DNA of 64,000 nucleotides from Octopus vulgaris (GCA_951406725.2 OX597821.1:60822001-60886000); one strand, 5' to 3'. Counted from the first letter of the stretch, positions 41,333 through 56,293 are shown. The notes: generated from the sequence alone by a model not told the origin. Program-made: numbers and translations.

Positions 41333-41861
41333 ACTCTTTTACTCTTTTACTTGTTTCAGTCATTTGACTGCGGCCATGCTGGAGCACCGCCTTAAGCCGA
41401 GCAAATCGTCCCCCATGACTTATTCGTTGGAAGCCTAGTACTTATTCTATCGGTCTCTTTTGCTGAACCGCTAGGTTATGGAGACGTAAGCACACCACTA
41501 TCGGTTGTTAAGCGATGTTGGTGGGACAAACACAGGCACACAAACATATTGTTATGTCGCACGTTCCGATGACCTCTACTACTACTCTCTGCTCCTACAC
41601 CGATTGCTTAAGCTCTAGTCTTCTCCCTCTATATCTACGTATTGGGCTAGTCTACTTCATCGTCTGGGGGCATCCACAAAACACATATACACACACACAC
41701 ATTTATATATTCATAAATACGACGGGCTTCTTTCAGTTTCCGTCTGCCAAATCCACTCACAAAGCTTTCGTCGGCCCGAGGCTATAGTAGAAGACACTTA
41801 CCGAAGGTGAACCCAGAACCACGTGGTTCGTAAGCAAGCTACTTACCACACAACCACTCCT
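41333..41861 (-). mobile_element. SINE family A, split by a 134-bp insertion
   Basis: Tail and body at 41333-41549, head at ~41700-41861. Confidence 0.85.
41550..41683. mobile_element. Tiny solo-LTR-like insertion
   Basis: TGTT...AACA termini flanked by the 5-bp direct repeat CATAT (41545-41549 and 41684-41688). Confidence 0.55.
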
Positions 41862-41924
41862 ACTTTTTGTAATATTTCTGAAAGCCATTTACAAGTTCAT
41901 TCAAGAGACCTTCATCTATTGACG

Positions 41925-42360
41925 TAGGTATGATGATGTGGTTAGGAAACTAGCGTTGCAACAATGTGGTTTCAGGTTCAGTTTTAATGCGTGGCAGCTT
42001 GGGCCAAGTTCTTCTCCTTGTAACGGGTCGACCAATGCCTTGTGAATGAATTTGGCAGACAGGAAAACCTCGTGTGTATACGGTATGTGTGCGTATGTAT
42101 GTGTGCGTGCGTGCGCGCGTGTGTATATGTGTGTGTATGTGCATGTGTGTCTTTGTGTCTGTGTTTGTTTCCTCCACACAGCTTGACAACCAGTGTTGGT
42201 TGTTTACATCTCAGAAGCTTAGCGGTTCGGCCAAAGAGGTCTATAAATTATGTGCGAGGCATAAATAAGTACTGTGGTCGATGTGATCGACTAAAAGGAC
42301 TCTTCAAAGTGGTACCCCAGCATGGCCGCTATCTAATAACTGAAACAAGTAACAGATTAA
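41925..42360 (+). mobile_element. SINE family A, diverged
   Basis: Family A motifs in order. Confidence 0.7.
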
Positions 42361-43126
42361 ATACAAGAGATAGTACAAATCGTATTAAGATATCTGTATT
42401 TGCGTATGAATGTCCATTTACGCCAGACATCTGGGACACAATATGGCACCAACTAATTCAAACCACTTCGCAAGACTTGATGTTCCTTAAATATTCATGA
42501 CTGTTCATTATTAATACAGATATTAACGTTAATGTGAGAATTGTGTTGTTGGATTTAGCTGTCTTTCACAATGAATTTAAAACTAGAAAACTAAGAGCAG
42601 ACTGAATTTTTTTAGAATTCTGTGTATCGATGTATTATGTTCATTGGAAATCAGCCAGTTCGTATTATTTACGGTAGTAGAGAAAATAATTACTAATTAT
42701 GTATTGTTCAAGAAAATACATAGCAACGACTTATGGGTTTTCGCTTAATGTATTTTGATATAATAGCTATTTCGAAATAAGAATTATGGGAAATACCAAT
42801 GACCCAAAGAAAGATAATAATTTAGGCATGTGTCCAAATATACATTTGTATGCTACAATTTCTGACATGGTATATTACCATTCATAGTTAAGTTAAAACA
42901 TTCCATATGTAATATATTTTGTGTCGTTGATTTAAAGGCAAAATGCTACGACTATAACCTGTACGCGCGCACACACACACACACACTACACAAACACACA
43001 CACACACTACACAAACACACACACACACACACACACAAACGCACACAAACAGAAGTTATAGGCGTATATATGGACACACACACACATATATATGTATATA
43101 TGTATGTATGTATGTAAGTATGGATG

Positions 43127-43244
<118 letters not shown>

Positions 43245-43874
43245 AGAAAAATGCACACAGTTTACATCGTTTTAATAATATAATTTTTATTATATCTTGT
43301 ATTGTGTTTGTCGACCGGTTTCATTTTGTCTGTTCATGACATTAAAATTCATTTAAATACGTATGCTCTTAACAAATGTTTTGGTCCATGTTGTGCATGA
43401 AATTTATAAGTGAATGATTCAACAAGTAGAAAAATCTCAGGGGAGGTAATTGGTTATCGTTATTATTGTGGGCAGGGGAAATAACTGTTCACCTTTCGAT
43501 GGGGTGGGGAAATGTATATATACACAAAAATTCGAAAACTAATTTAGTGGGGATAAATATGTAGTGATGTAATCGTGAATTAAAATATGTATAGAGATCA
43601 AAGTTGGTTATGCGTGCATATTTAGACGTGTTCTGTATTTTTCGATGAAAAAATTTCCTTTATTTAAACCTTCTTGTAAAGAAATTGTATCTTTGCACAG
43701 GTAGAAGGGGAAAACTTTGAAATTTGGTTTGATGTTACCTGCACATTTCTCTATGTGTTAACTTAAAGGAATTTTTCTGTATTACGAGAACCGGATCTGC
43801 TCAACCACTTATATGCCATGGAAACCGGTAACAGGTCTTTTCAGTACTGGGCCTTGCAAAAAAAAAAAAAAAAA

Positions 43875-44268
43875 ATTCTTTCTACTAAAAGCACAAGGTT
43901 TGAAGTTTTTGGGGAGGGGATTTGTCAATTACATCGACCCCAGTGTTTCACTGGTACTTAATTTATCGACCTCGAAATGATAAAAAGCAAAGTCGACTAC
44001 GGCAGAATCTGAACTGTGAACGTAGCGACGGACGAAATATCTATTTCTTTACTACCCAAAAGGGGCTAAGCACAGAGAGGACAAACAAGGACAGACAAAC
44101 GGATTAAGTCGATTATATCGACCCCAGTGCGAAACTGGTACTTATTTAATCGACCCCGAAAGGATGAAAGGCAAAGTCGACCTCGGCGGAATTTGAACTC
44201 ACAACGTAACGGCAGACGAAATACTAAGCATTTTGTCCAGCGTGTTAACGATACTACCAGCACGTCGC
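43875..44268 (-). mobile_element. SINE family B, internally duplicated form
   Basis: Same two-unit layout and junction as 23370-23750. Confidence 0.85.
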
Positions 44269-44484
44269 ATACATACCTACATAAATAAATACATACCTAC
44301 ATACATACATACATAATACATAAACGCATACATACATACATACGTACGTACACACAGACATACATACATGCATACATACATACATGCATACATACATACA
44401 CACATACATACATAAATACATACATACAAACATACATACATACATACATACGTTTATACATACATACATACATACATGCATACA

Positions 44485-44518
<34 letters not shown>

Positions 44519-45871
44519 CATACGTGCATATGTAACACACTGCCTAGATACTAATCTTGAGAAGTTAGGCTTCTGAAAACCAAAAAGGAGAAAACTGATT
44601 CGAAGACTACAGATCCAAACTATAACTGGAACAGTAAAGATATGTAAAACTTTTCGGAAGTTTATCATTTATGTATACATGAGTATATCTAGATATGTAA
44701 GTAGATGCATGAGTAGACATAAAACAAAACATACAAATCTACACGCATACATACATACATACATACATACATACATACATACATACATACATACATACAT
44801 ACATACATACATACATACATACATACATACGTACATACATACGTGCATGCATATATACGTACAAAATTACCCAGTTGCTGATGTTGAATTTCCAATGAAG
44901 GAGCTTTGGATCTAGGTTAGAAACCGGTTCTTTCCCTATTGGTAAGAACACTGGAAATAAAACTGAATAATGACATACACACCACACACACACACACACA
45001 CGTATATATAAAAACACATATATATCTACTTATAGTTGAAGGCTAGAGAAAACAAAAGCAGTTTGTAAGAGAAATTTTGGAACTGTGTCGTTATTAGCAA
45101 TACATGTTTATAAATTACGTCACTCAGTGTGATCTAAAGCAGCGATTAATAACATATGGTCTCACAAAAGGGGTACATCCTGGGTATTTAAATGGGTTCT
45201 GAATTTTCTTAGAGGTAAAATGTTTAAACCTGGCAAAAAATTTATATTTTAAATAGATATTATATCTTCGTTGCAATTAGAATGTGAATAGTATATTGTG
45301 TTTAATAAAGAAGAAGGAACATGATTAATGATATACAAAAAATCTAGTATAATTTCATAATATTTTTTCTAACCTTCTTTTATTAATTTCTATTAGAAAT
45401 TACCTTAGGAGGTATTAGTGCAAATATGTGAAAAGAGGCTAGTGATGGATGGGTTACTTTAAAAACACTTAGAATCATTGCAATTAGAATCTTTACAATT
45501 AGTTTTTGATTAAAATATTCTGTTGCATTTTGGGGCAAAATATGGGAAAGGGACGCTGAGCTACAAATTGCTGAGGCTCACTGTTCTGAAGTATCAAGTG
45601 GAGCAACGTTTGTCATACTATTATATTGAGAAATAGTAAATATGAAGGTAAAAGTAAAGACCATATTTCTAAATATTTTTTCAGCTGTAATTTCAAGCCA
45701 GTTAGTGTTAGAATATTATTAAAACCTCGCAATATAGCTCAAAATTCTTTTTTAATATTCCCTGTAAATCTAAACAAATGTTGAATTAAACAAGAATATT
45801 TTAAGATATAATTAATTCAATATGATTTTCTATGCGAATTTTTAAACACTTTCTTTTGTTTTACTTATTAG

Positions 45872-45925
45872 AAAATACTGTAACGGCTTTTGAAGAACAA
45901 TCTACTGTGGAAAACGCAACTGAAA
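45872..45925 (+). CDS. Pif/LamG3-like gene, coding exon 2 (Thr/Glu-rich linker)
   Basis: Pyrimidine tract plus TAG acceptor. Reads (Q)NTVTAFEEQSTVENATE. Donor A|gtaggt. Phase 1-1, fits both neighbours. Confidence 0.65.
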
Positions 45926-48278
45926 GTAGGTAATTCTCAATACATTTAAGTTTTTCAAACTTCTATTCTCATGGAGTAAATGTTTCAGAATGGCGTAATT
46001 TATAATAGGAACAGTAAATCTGAAAACCAGCAAATCGTCAGGTTTTGTTATCGCTCTACGATAAACTCTGCACACATATACTTGTACATCAATCGAAATA
46101 ATGCAGCCGAAATAAATATAACAACCAAAATAATAATACTGTCAAGAGAGGCTTAGATCAATTTAAGTCATACAATCAATAGAGTCGTAAGCAATGTTGT
46201 ATTTGTCGAAACAGTCTCATTCACGCTAAATTTTAGGAAGGTTTTAATTATTGAAAATATGTTTTCCCGCTATGTCAAAACAGATACAAATATAAGTAGT
46301 CTCTCGCTGGTGTTCTGTGGCATCAAAGATTGCTTTCTTCGATATGTTATCAATAATAATAATATACTGCCAATATCTTTAGCGTTGCTATCTTGTGAGA
46401 ATTTAATATGATCACTTAAAAATTGCTAGAAACTATGCAATCTCTTTTGAACATCTACATCTGTGAATTTGAACCAGTCTGATACAGTAGATGGTACATC
46501 ACAGAACGATTAATTGGTTTTCTTTCTAATATGTATTAAAGTTTTACCGTGAAAGTTGATAGTTTTACTGCTCACAATTCTTTCAGGGTAGATAGCTCGC
46601 AAACTATATTGAGTAGATTCCTAATCATACGACGCACATATAAAAGTGACAATAGTGGGATGTTTGAAAGAATTTGGCTTCAACGGCTTAGGTAATGCAA
46701 TAATCGTCCTTTAGGTTCAAGTCAGTCCTGATTCAGCAGACCGTTGCAGTTCATGGTCACCGGGGTAATTTGGTGATTCAGTGTTGTTACTCATAATATT
46801 AGCTAACGTTTGACTTGGTCTGCTGCGCGAATGTCCTATTTAAACTGCCTGCCTATGAGTTCCAGCTACCTTTCATCTTTTAGATCGACAAATGATCGTG
46901 GCTGGCGTGCACTGATAAAGCCTTTTCTGACTTACACTTCATTGTCCATAAAAATGTTTCCAAATCAAGTCGCTGTATATCCACAATTAATAAATAATTA
47001 TTAACATAGGTATTTTGTACTCAACTTCTTATCAAATTTCTGGGTTTTGTTTTAATTTGCATACAACTCTCGTATTTGATCATCAGCAACTAGTTTTGTT
47101 ACCAGACATAATGAACCGTAGATTAATTATAAATGTCAGTCACATGAGCTTTTGTTAACGTCTTGTATTGGTTGACATCCAAATTAGAAAAATAACGCTA
47201 AATATTATATTTGAGGCTGAATAGTTTTACATGTATAAAGCAGATTACTTTCTTAAAAGAATATTATCTTTCAGAAATAAAAGGGAAATAATCACTTTCA
47301 TATTCGAAGTTTAGCAATTTAAAATGATTTGTGATCACGTAATTTAAAAGAGACGCAACAGACGTGTTAACCGTTCCAGCCAATATTAACTTCTTTGGAA
47401 TTTAAAAATACTCCCGAAAAAGAATAATAAGCAAGGAAGTTTCCCATTCTAATTGCGACAAAGAATTTAATAACTCAGTAGATTTATCTCCAATTAATTC
47501 GTTTTAAACACTTCAGTTAAACTAGAACCGGTTTATCTTATGAAACAATTTACTACTTCAATGCTTTGAATCAATCTTTTACCCCACCTACATTATTTAT
47601 TTCGTAAACGGGGGAATACATTTTGTATAGTTGCCTTTTGAATAGGTGTAGCAATAATGTTTTCCAAAATGAAGTAACTCGGCTAAAGCAACTTTAATAG
47701 ATTTTTGGCGTTTGTTCTATTCACCTATTACATACACATGTTTATGCATACAGACGCATACATACAGGCATGCACACACATGCATACACAGACAACCATA
47801 CAACCAAACAGTCACAAGTATATTAAAACAGACTAGACTAAGTGCTATTGTTCAGTAGACGTGTACTCTTAAATAAATGGTCTGCAGCCATTGTATAATA
47901 TGCCAAATGATAGTAGGACACGCACAATAGGAAGATTTGAAAAGGAAATATTAATGGAAGGAAGTAAATGAGAAGAAAATAAGAGAAATTTAGAAATTAT
48001 AATTGGTAGTAGATGATTAATTTATAGTTTAATGACCAATGGGGATATGTTTTTAGATGCACGATGTAGAAACTTTTGAGTAAAACATGTCTGGCTTTGT
48101 AAGTGTAGTTCTAGTAAGATCTTAATCTACACACGATTTAAATACGCTTTATACACTAGAAAATTAAACGTAGGACAGATATTCAAGACCTATTTCTTTG
48201 TAATAGTCTGTCTGTTTGTCTACCTGTCTTTCTGTCTATCTGTCTATCTGTCTGTCAGTCTATCTGTCTGTCTGTCTG

Positions 48279-48327
<49 letters not shown>

Positions 48328-48505
48328 CTTGAACTAACGCACATACATATATATATAGATTTGTGTATACACACGTAAATGGTAACCAAACTATCAGTGC
48401 TAAGGACGGTGCAGAGTTTCATGCATCTATAAATAATTTAATATGATATAATATGATATAATATAACATAAACATAAATACTAAACATCATGTTTTCATT
48501 TTCAG

Positions 48506-48661
48506 GAAGTTGCCCATTTCTACCTAATCCACACAACGTATACAGTTACATAGAAATGACTGTTAATAGAAATTTCACACGGAATTGTGCACCAGGAACC
48601 ATTTACAGTAAAGATCATTGCCTATGTATTACTGACACAAATGCCACCAGAAGACACGAAG
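48506..48661 (+). CDS. Pif/LamG3-like gene, coding exon 3 (chitin-binding-like module)
   Basis: ttttcAG acceptor. SCPFLPNPHNVYSYIEMTVNRNFTRNCAPGTIYSKDHCLCITD contains a C-x-PGT-x-aromatic-x4-CxC motif. Donor G|gtttgt. Confidence 0.88.
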
Positions 48662-49027
48662 GTTTGTATTCAGATGTATATTTATCGAATGAAATTGTTT
48701 CTTTCTTATATTGTACGTTGACGCAATTAGTTTCATTGAAACTTTTGACCCTAAAATTATAAATTTCGAAGCTCTTGTAGTTTTCCATAAAATCATCAAC
48801 TTTCGTAATTGAGATGATGCAACATAACAAAGTTCACTACATCGTAGATTTGTTTTCTGAATCATGTTTACTTAGGATAGTTAGTGAAATGAGTATAGGT
48901 AAGTCTGCATCGAACCGGAGTTCCTATCGGGAAAACCAGGAAACAAGGTAACTGGCCCAATGAGCCCTTGGCTCAATAAATATATATGGAATACTAAGTT
49001 AGCTTGATTGGAATCACAGTAATATAT

Positions 49028-49330
49028 AGCCTTCTACTATAGCCTCGGGCCGACCAAAGCCTTGTGAGTGGATTTGGTAGACGGAAACTGAAGGAAGCCC
49101 GTCGTATATATGTATATATGTATGTGTGTGTCTCTATTTGTCCTCGCAACATCGCTTGACAAACCGATGCTGGTGTGTTTACGTCCCCGTAACTTAGCGG
49201 TTCGGCACAAGAGACCGATAGAATAAGTACTAGGCTTACAAAGAATAAGTCCTGGGGTAGATTTGCATGACTAAAGACGGTACTCCAGCATTATGCCCGC
49301 AGTCACATGACTGAAAAAGAGTAAAAGAGT
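49028..49330 (+). mobile_element. SINE family A, 5'-truncated
   Basis: Near-identical to the 32300-32640 body. Confidence 0.9.
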
Positions 49331-49547
49331 ATATGAATAAGTTATCCAACAAGGATGCTGCTGATGCTGATAATGAAAATGATGATAATCATGATAATAT
49401 CGACGAAGAGGAAGGAGATAATCCTAATGAAATGTGGCATTATAATTAATTCCCATCCAGCAATTTGCATCCGGTTTTGATGCAGTCTCAATAATTACTT
49501 TGTACACTGAAAGTTTGTTAATTTAATGAATTGATAATTTTTTATTC

Positions 49548-50205
<658 letters not shown>

Positions 50206-50341
50206 AATGTCAGAAATTCTGAATTTTCTGATGTGTAGGTGTCATGTATATCGTTGAAATTTACAGAAAAATATAAGACGAAGACAGGTGTATGAACAAC
50301 AAGTAGGTATATCAGTGTGGCGCTCGGGATGTGAGAAAGTA

Positions 50342-50375
50342 TTTTACGTTTCGAGCTTACGCTCCTCAACAGAAA
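50342..50375 (-). ncRNA. Minimal hammerhead-like motif with variant core (CUGUUGA)
   Basis: Minus strand: TTT CTGTTGA G GAGC-gtaa-GCTC GAAAC GTA AAA, inside a 50240-50392 fragment similar to 26511-26712. Confidence 0.55.
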
Positions 50376-50434
50376 AAAATAAGGGAAAATAAGCATACAT
50401 ACATACATACATATATATATTCACATATATATTA

Positions 50435-50720
50435 CTATTTTACTAGTTTCAGTCATTTGACTGCGCCTATGCTGGAGCACCGCCTTTAGTCGAACAAATC
50501 GAACCCAGGACTTATTCTCTGTAAGCCTAGTACTTATTCTACTTGTCTCTTTAGCCGAACCGCTAATTTACGGAGGAACGTAAACACACCAGCATAGGTT
50601 GTCAAGTGATGGAGGTCTACCAAATCCACCCACAAGTATTCGATCCGCCTGAATCTATCGTAGAAGACACTTACTCAAGGTACCCCGCAGTGGGACTGAA
50701 CTACATAGTGACATATGCGC
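50435..50720 (-). mobile_element. SINE family A, internally deleted
   Basis: Reverse-complement family A tail and head motifs. Confidence 0.75.
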
Positions 50721-50775
50721 CTATATATATATATATACATACTCACACATACAAATACATATATACAAGCAAACA

Positions 50776-51435
50776 TACGAAGGGGTACCCACAAGTAAAA
50801 AGAAACGTCCTCAATGGGACAAGCCTGTTGTAGTTCAGGCTTCCTCCGTTCGAGGCCGTTGGATGCGACCAGTGTCTTCTGGAGGAGCCATACCGTCACC
50901 TTTTACGTCTGTTCTTGCAGTGCCTCTCCCCTGTTCGTCGATATTTGCGATGGCTGAAATGAAGGAACAGCATGCTTCCGTGAAATCCTGTTTTCTGCTG
51001 GGGAAAACGGCGGTCGAAATAGTTGTCATGCTTCAAACAGCGTAGAAGGCTGCTGCCACGAGCAAAACACGCATTTATGAGTGATTGTCACGCTTTAAGA
51101 ATGGTGACTAGTCGCTTGATGACCAATCTCGTTCAAGGCGATTGTCGACCTCCCAGACGAACGAAAATATCATGAAAATTCATGAATTGATCTTGGAAGA
51201 CCGTCACCAAATAATTCACGAACTTGTTGATATGGCTGGTGTGTCCTGGAGCTCCTGCCAACGAATTTTGAGCGAAGAATTGCGAATGAAAAGATTTGCA
51301 GCAAAATTTGTGCCTCGCTTGCTCACAGGAAATCAAAATCATTCACGAATGAATGCGTGTCGTGAACTAGAAGAACAGTTGGAAGTTGATCCGGGCGTTT
51401 TATTTGAAGATCATCATCGGTGACGAAAGCTGAGG
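50776..51435 (+). mobile_element. Mariner transposon 5' half (HTH region), pseudogenised
   Basis: TA|CGAAGGGG start. MAEMKEQHASVKSCFLLGKTAVE..MLQTA*, then ENIMKIHELILEDR..QRILSEELRMKRFAAKFVPRLLT; ends near the TGDE motif. Confidence 0.85.
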
Positions 51436-51845
51436 CTGTGGAATTTGCAGATGTGGATATGGCGAAAAAAAAAAAAAAAAGAAACGATGGAGGCATTAAA
51501 AGGCATCTCACACACATACACACAGATACATATATTTATAGGTCTAAACATATTTACATATATATGTGTACACTTTCTTGTATGTGTTTGTACGATTGAT
51601 TGGCATTTATAATTACCAGACCAAAAAAAAAAATTATTATTCTGATACACACATATGGTTTTACGTGAATCATTACTTAGGGGAAGTATTTACGTTAAAC
51701 TATTTCCAATATACTGAATGAGAATAAATCACAAACATTTTATGTTTCAGTTTTGACATTTCATGCATATTATGAATGACAATTTTATATATCGCCATTA
51801 ATCTTAACTTATTGATTTGATTCATTCTAAATATATTATTTTTAG

Positions 51846-52204
51846 ATCAACTCCGATGCAACCCTTCTTTGCTTCTTAATTTCGAAGCTGATCTCCTCGA
51901 TAAATCTAATAATAATTTACCACTTTACTCTGTCAAAGTCATGCTTTCCAATAATGGTACAGCTCTCTTCTCCCCCAATAGTCGAATGACTATTTGGCGT
52001 TTTTCCGATGTTGCGTTTCGTCAAGGTCTCTACATTACGTTATCCATCTTGAGTACAGCTCAAACTTCCGATCGACAAATTATCTTTGCAAATGATGGAA
52101 GCTCAAATCTGGATGGCCCGTCTATTTCTGCTGCAATTGAGGGAGAGAAATATGTCTTTCAAGTTGTAACCAACCTAGGACAAGAAAACATAACGCTAGA
52201 TAAG
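51846..52204 (+). CDS. Pif/LamG3-like gene, coding exon 4 (laminin-G-like domain, N part)
   Basis: ttttttAG acceptor, phase 1. DQLRCNPSLLLNFEADLLDKSNNNL..NGTALFSPNSRMTIWRFSDVAF..QIIFANDG..GPSI..ITLDK. Donor AAG|gtgagt. Confidence 0.9.
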
Positions 52205-52962
52205 GTGAGTGATTTTACATGTTACAGCATGAGTGAAAGATTATCTAGTAAACCATATCTTTACAGTTTTCATTATAATCCACATTTTCTTCCATTGTTT
52301 TGTAAGAGCAATAAGGATAGCGTCCTTGACCATTCTTGTCCATTTTAAAGGGCATTGGAATTGAAAAATAAAAGGAGGAACTCATGAGTTACCCAAAGAT
52401 CAGCGACTTCATACTCGTATTTAGAATAGAGTGGACTACGGCAACAGTACTTAAAGCGAGTTAGTGATGCTAAATCGAGTAACGGATTAAGTGAAACAAC
52501 ACTAGATCAAATAAAGTGCCTCAGGCATGATCCCACACAGTTTTCATCTATAGAATTTCATTCGCCGGATTTGCTTTTGTTGAATGTCGTATTAGAAGGC
52601 ACTTCCCCAAAGTGCAGCATAGCAAGATCGAACTCAGTACCATGTCATTGCAAACTGAAATCTTTAATCACATGTCGATACATGCATTCATAATGTTCAT
52701 ATTTTCATAATTTAGGCAATTTCGTATGTAGATGTTTGTACAACTAATTCGTTTATCTTTAACTTGGATTGCGGTCATGTTGGGGCATAGCCTTGAGGGG
52801 ATTCGCAGAACAAATGGTACTGAATTCTTAAAGTTTGGTACTTAATCTATCGGTTACTTTTACCGAGTTGCTAGGTTACGGTGACGTACACAGACCAGCG
52901 CCGGATGTTAAGTAGCGTGCAGGAGAAACATAAACACATAGTCACATACACACACGCACTCA

Positions 52963-53019
<57 letters not shown>

Positions 53020-54169
53020 AGAATTCTTTTCACATTTGAATGTGACAATTATTTGTAACACTGTTACAAAGACTGAAACTTGGGATGAGGAATACAATCG
53101 ATTTAATTGATCCCAGTAATTGGCTAGTATATTATTTTGCCGACCCTAGAAGAATGGAAGGTAAAATTGATCTCATTAGAATTGGGATTCCAAACGTAAA
53201 GAAGCAGAACAAATACGGCAAAGTATTTTGTATGGCGTTTTAATAACTGTGCCAAGCCACCACCTTTTATTTGAATGAAATAATGTGTAATTGTCAGTCA
53301 TCTAGTACTTTTATAGACTAAATATAATAATCGTTTAAATCTAGATACTGTAGAATATATGATAAACAAAGGAGAAAATCGTTAAAGCTAGTAAAAAATG
53401 TTATTCTTAGATAAAACGAAACTTAGTTTATATCTAAAAACTGATCTTGTTTCTAAGTAATTTCAACCTCTTTAGACACATTAATATTTTATAGTGATTC
53501 CCCGTTTACAAGGGATGATAAAACAGAACAATACGTTTCATATAATTACCACTTAAACCACGTCGGCACGGTTTCAGTAAATTCAAAAAGAAGTCGTACA
53601 TATCAATTCGATTATTATTTAGTTTTATAACCGAACAATAGTTGGAACATTGAGTGCAAGATCAGATAGCTGCTCTATAGATAACTTCTTAGATATAACA
53701 CGTAACAGACCATTTCAACTTGCTATTCTTTTGTATTGCTTCATTAAGAATTGCTGTTAATTTGAGAACAGCTGGATTATGTAAAACCAGCAATGAGTAT
53801 ATTTCAAAAGGGTAGGTACTTTGTTGACTATTGACGTGAGATGTATCGTGAATATAATCTATATTCGGTTAACATACATGGCTTAATAAGTAGCGATATA
53901 AATAATTCAAAGATGTTAAAAGAATTTAACATTGAAATATTTTAGTGATATAGATGTTTTGCCATTATAACGGGAAAATATAAAGAGCCGGAAGACGAGC
54001 TAATGATTCTACTTGCTATAGTATTAATGTATTTAAAGGTGTTGAACTTAGAAACAAGATCAGTTTTTTGTTTCAGTATGAGATTTTCAAACTTCTCAAA
54101 ACAACCATAGGATTTTATGAAATAATGGTAATCAGAATTCACATCAACTTCATAAAAAAAAAAAAGAAA

Positions 54170-54525
54170 ATGGGATCGGAGCGGTGATGCATACCCTACG
54201 CGCACTCAGTGATAAAATAGTATTTAATTTAATAAATATATTCTCTATGAATTCATATTTCAACAAAATGACATCAAGAGTTAATTCCTCTGCTTATCGT
54301 TTGTGCATATGTAAACAAAGATAATAAAACATTTTGATTCACCCATTCTCCAATTTTGAAGATAATCAAACCAAAATAATGAGTTCGAGCCACTCACCCA
54401 ATGAGTATTTCTGCCAAATTTGGTGAAAATCCGTACAGCCATTTTCCAGTAATTTTGCAAACACACAGACAAACAAAGGCGAGCGAATACAATACTTGCT
54501 TTCGCTTACGCGCGCAGGGTAACTA
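54170..54525 (-). mobile_element. Non-autonomous Helentron/HINE-like element
   Basis: Terminal hairpin tacttgc..gcagggta, then a (TTTG/TCTG) tract and CGGATTTTCACCAAATTTGGCA on the minus strand; second short GC-rich motif near 54180-54205. Confidence 0.45.
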
Positions 54526-54943
54526 TTAAGTATTATTAAGCATTTCACTGGACTAGAAATAGTGTTTATTTACTACAAACCTATAGATGTATTGCAGGAC
54601 TATGCTTCACCAAAATACCGTCTCAAAATACTGTCTCAGAATACCGAAACTTCACGACACGGTTAAAGATCGAATCTGCTTTCTACTTTATTTCATAAAA
54701 TTTTGGGATTGTGTCTATGTTCTTCTTCTTCTTTGCCTGTTCGAGCTGGAGCACCTGGTGTATTCTCATGAATTTTCTTGTCTAAAAAGCTTTTGTTCTG
54801 TGACACGCATCACACATTTTCCTAACCATATTTTTATATATCCTTTCCTTGTTTCCTGTTTTGGCAGACTCGCCTTTGTAATCACATTCCATGACACTCT
54901 GTTCGTCGTGGTGAGACCATCTTCTGATCTTTGCAGCATCTGT

Positions 54944-55492
54944 ATGATGATGATGATGATGATGATGACGACGACGGCAACGATGATGTTGATGATGATG
55001 AGGATAATGATGATGATAATAACAATAATAATAATTACTCTTTCTACTCTAGGCACAAGGCCTGATATTTTTGAGGAGGGGGATAGTTTATTACATCACA
55101 CCAGCGCTCAGCTGGTAACTTATTTTTAAACATCCAAAACGATGAAAGATAAAGTCGTCATCATCATCATTATCATCATCATCGTCGTCGTCATCACCAC
55201 CACCACCTCCACTACCATCCACCATTATCATCATCATCATCGTCGTCGTCTTCATAACCTTCATCATTGTCGTCGTCGTCATCATCATCATCACTATCAT
55301 CATCGTCGTCATCATCATCATCACCACCACCATCATCACCATAATCAACATCATCATCGTCGTCGTCATCATCATCACCACCACCATCATCACCATAATC
55401 GTCATCATCATCATCATCGTCGTCGTCGTCTCGTCATCGTCGTCTTCATAGCCGTCGTTGTCGTCATCATCATCATCACTATCATCATCATC
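54944..55492 (+). repeat. (GAT)n and (CAT/CGT/CAC)n tracts flanking a family B SINE fragment
   Basis: Direct inspection. Confidence 0.9.
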
Positions 55493-55621
55493 TTTTTTAA
55501 TACAACACTTCCGTCAAATATTGCCATTGAATTTCAATGGGAAATTTTCAACCGTTATAAAGAAATAGATAAAAAGAAAATATAACCCAGGAGTTTAAAT
55601 GTTTCTGTACTTTCTCCATAG

Positions 55622-55712
55622 GAACCCGGTTTTAACAATCTAACTCTAATGTATAACAGCCGGGAACTTCGCGTTTCTTGCAACGATGTGACTGTATCAC
55701 GCAAACTAACAG
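55622..55712 (+). CDS. Pif/LamG3-like gene, coding exon 5
   Basis: tttctccatAG acceptor, phase 0. EPGFNNLTLMYNSRELRVSCNDVTVSRKLT (cf. LamG W..v.l.Ydg..l). Donor G|gtaagc. Confidence 0.88.
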
Positions 55713-55989
55713 GTAAGCAAACTTACTCTTGGATAAGAAGTTTGACTGACGGTAAAATTGTGAAAATAGAATAAATCATAATATACATGTATAAATATTT
55801 GTTTTTTCTTAGCTAGGTCACGGTGGGAAGCAGTAGTCCTTATGATCTCCTTAGACCCACCAAAATTGGTGACATTTTTGGTATTAACTTTTCGTGCATG
55901 CTGTCCAAATTAATGCTTATTCATTGACATTAACGACATTCATGACAGCAGAAAAGAGAAGTACATACAGGATAATATGTAACCTATAT

Positions 55990-56293
55990 CATATGATCAC
56001 ATGACCGACCAGGCTATCAGATTTTGCTACACATCGCTGGTCACAATGCGCTTCGCATTGTTTTTTAGCCTTCAAATGACACCACCCCGCTGGCTAAGCG
56101 AGCAGGCAAACAGAAGAAAGAGTGAGAGAAATTTGTGGCGAAAGAGTACAGTAAAGATCGCCACCATCCCCTGCCGGAGCATCGTGGAGCTTTAGGTGTT
56201 TTCACTCAATAAACACTCACAACGCCCGGTCTGGGAATCGAAACCACAATCCTACGACCACGAGTCCGATGCCCTGGGCCATTGCGCCTCCAC
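55990..56293 (-). mobile_element. SINE family C, third tail variant
   Basis: Family C head and body at ~56110-56293 joined to a different 3' segment. Confidence 0.85.

Noticed and set aside
51869-52348. 159-aa ORF as a standalone gene
   Set aside because: It is exon 4 plus intronic read-through past the donor at 52205.
55091-55585. His-rich and Met-rich ORFs resembling metal-binding or beak proteins
   Set aside because: Pure (CAT/CGT/CAC)n tract that begins inside a SINE fragment, within intron 4, with no splice support.
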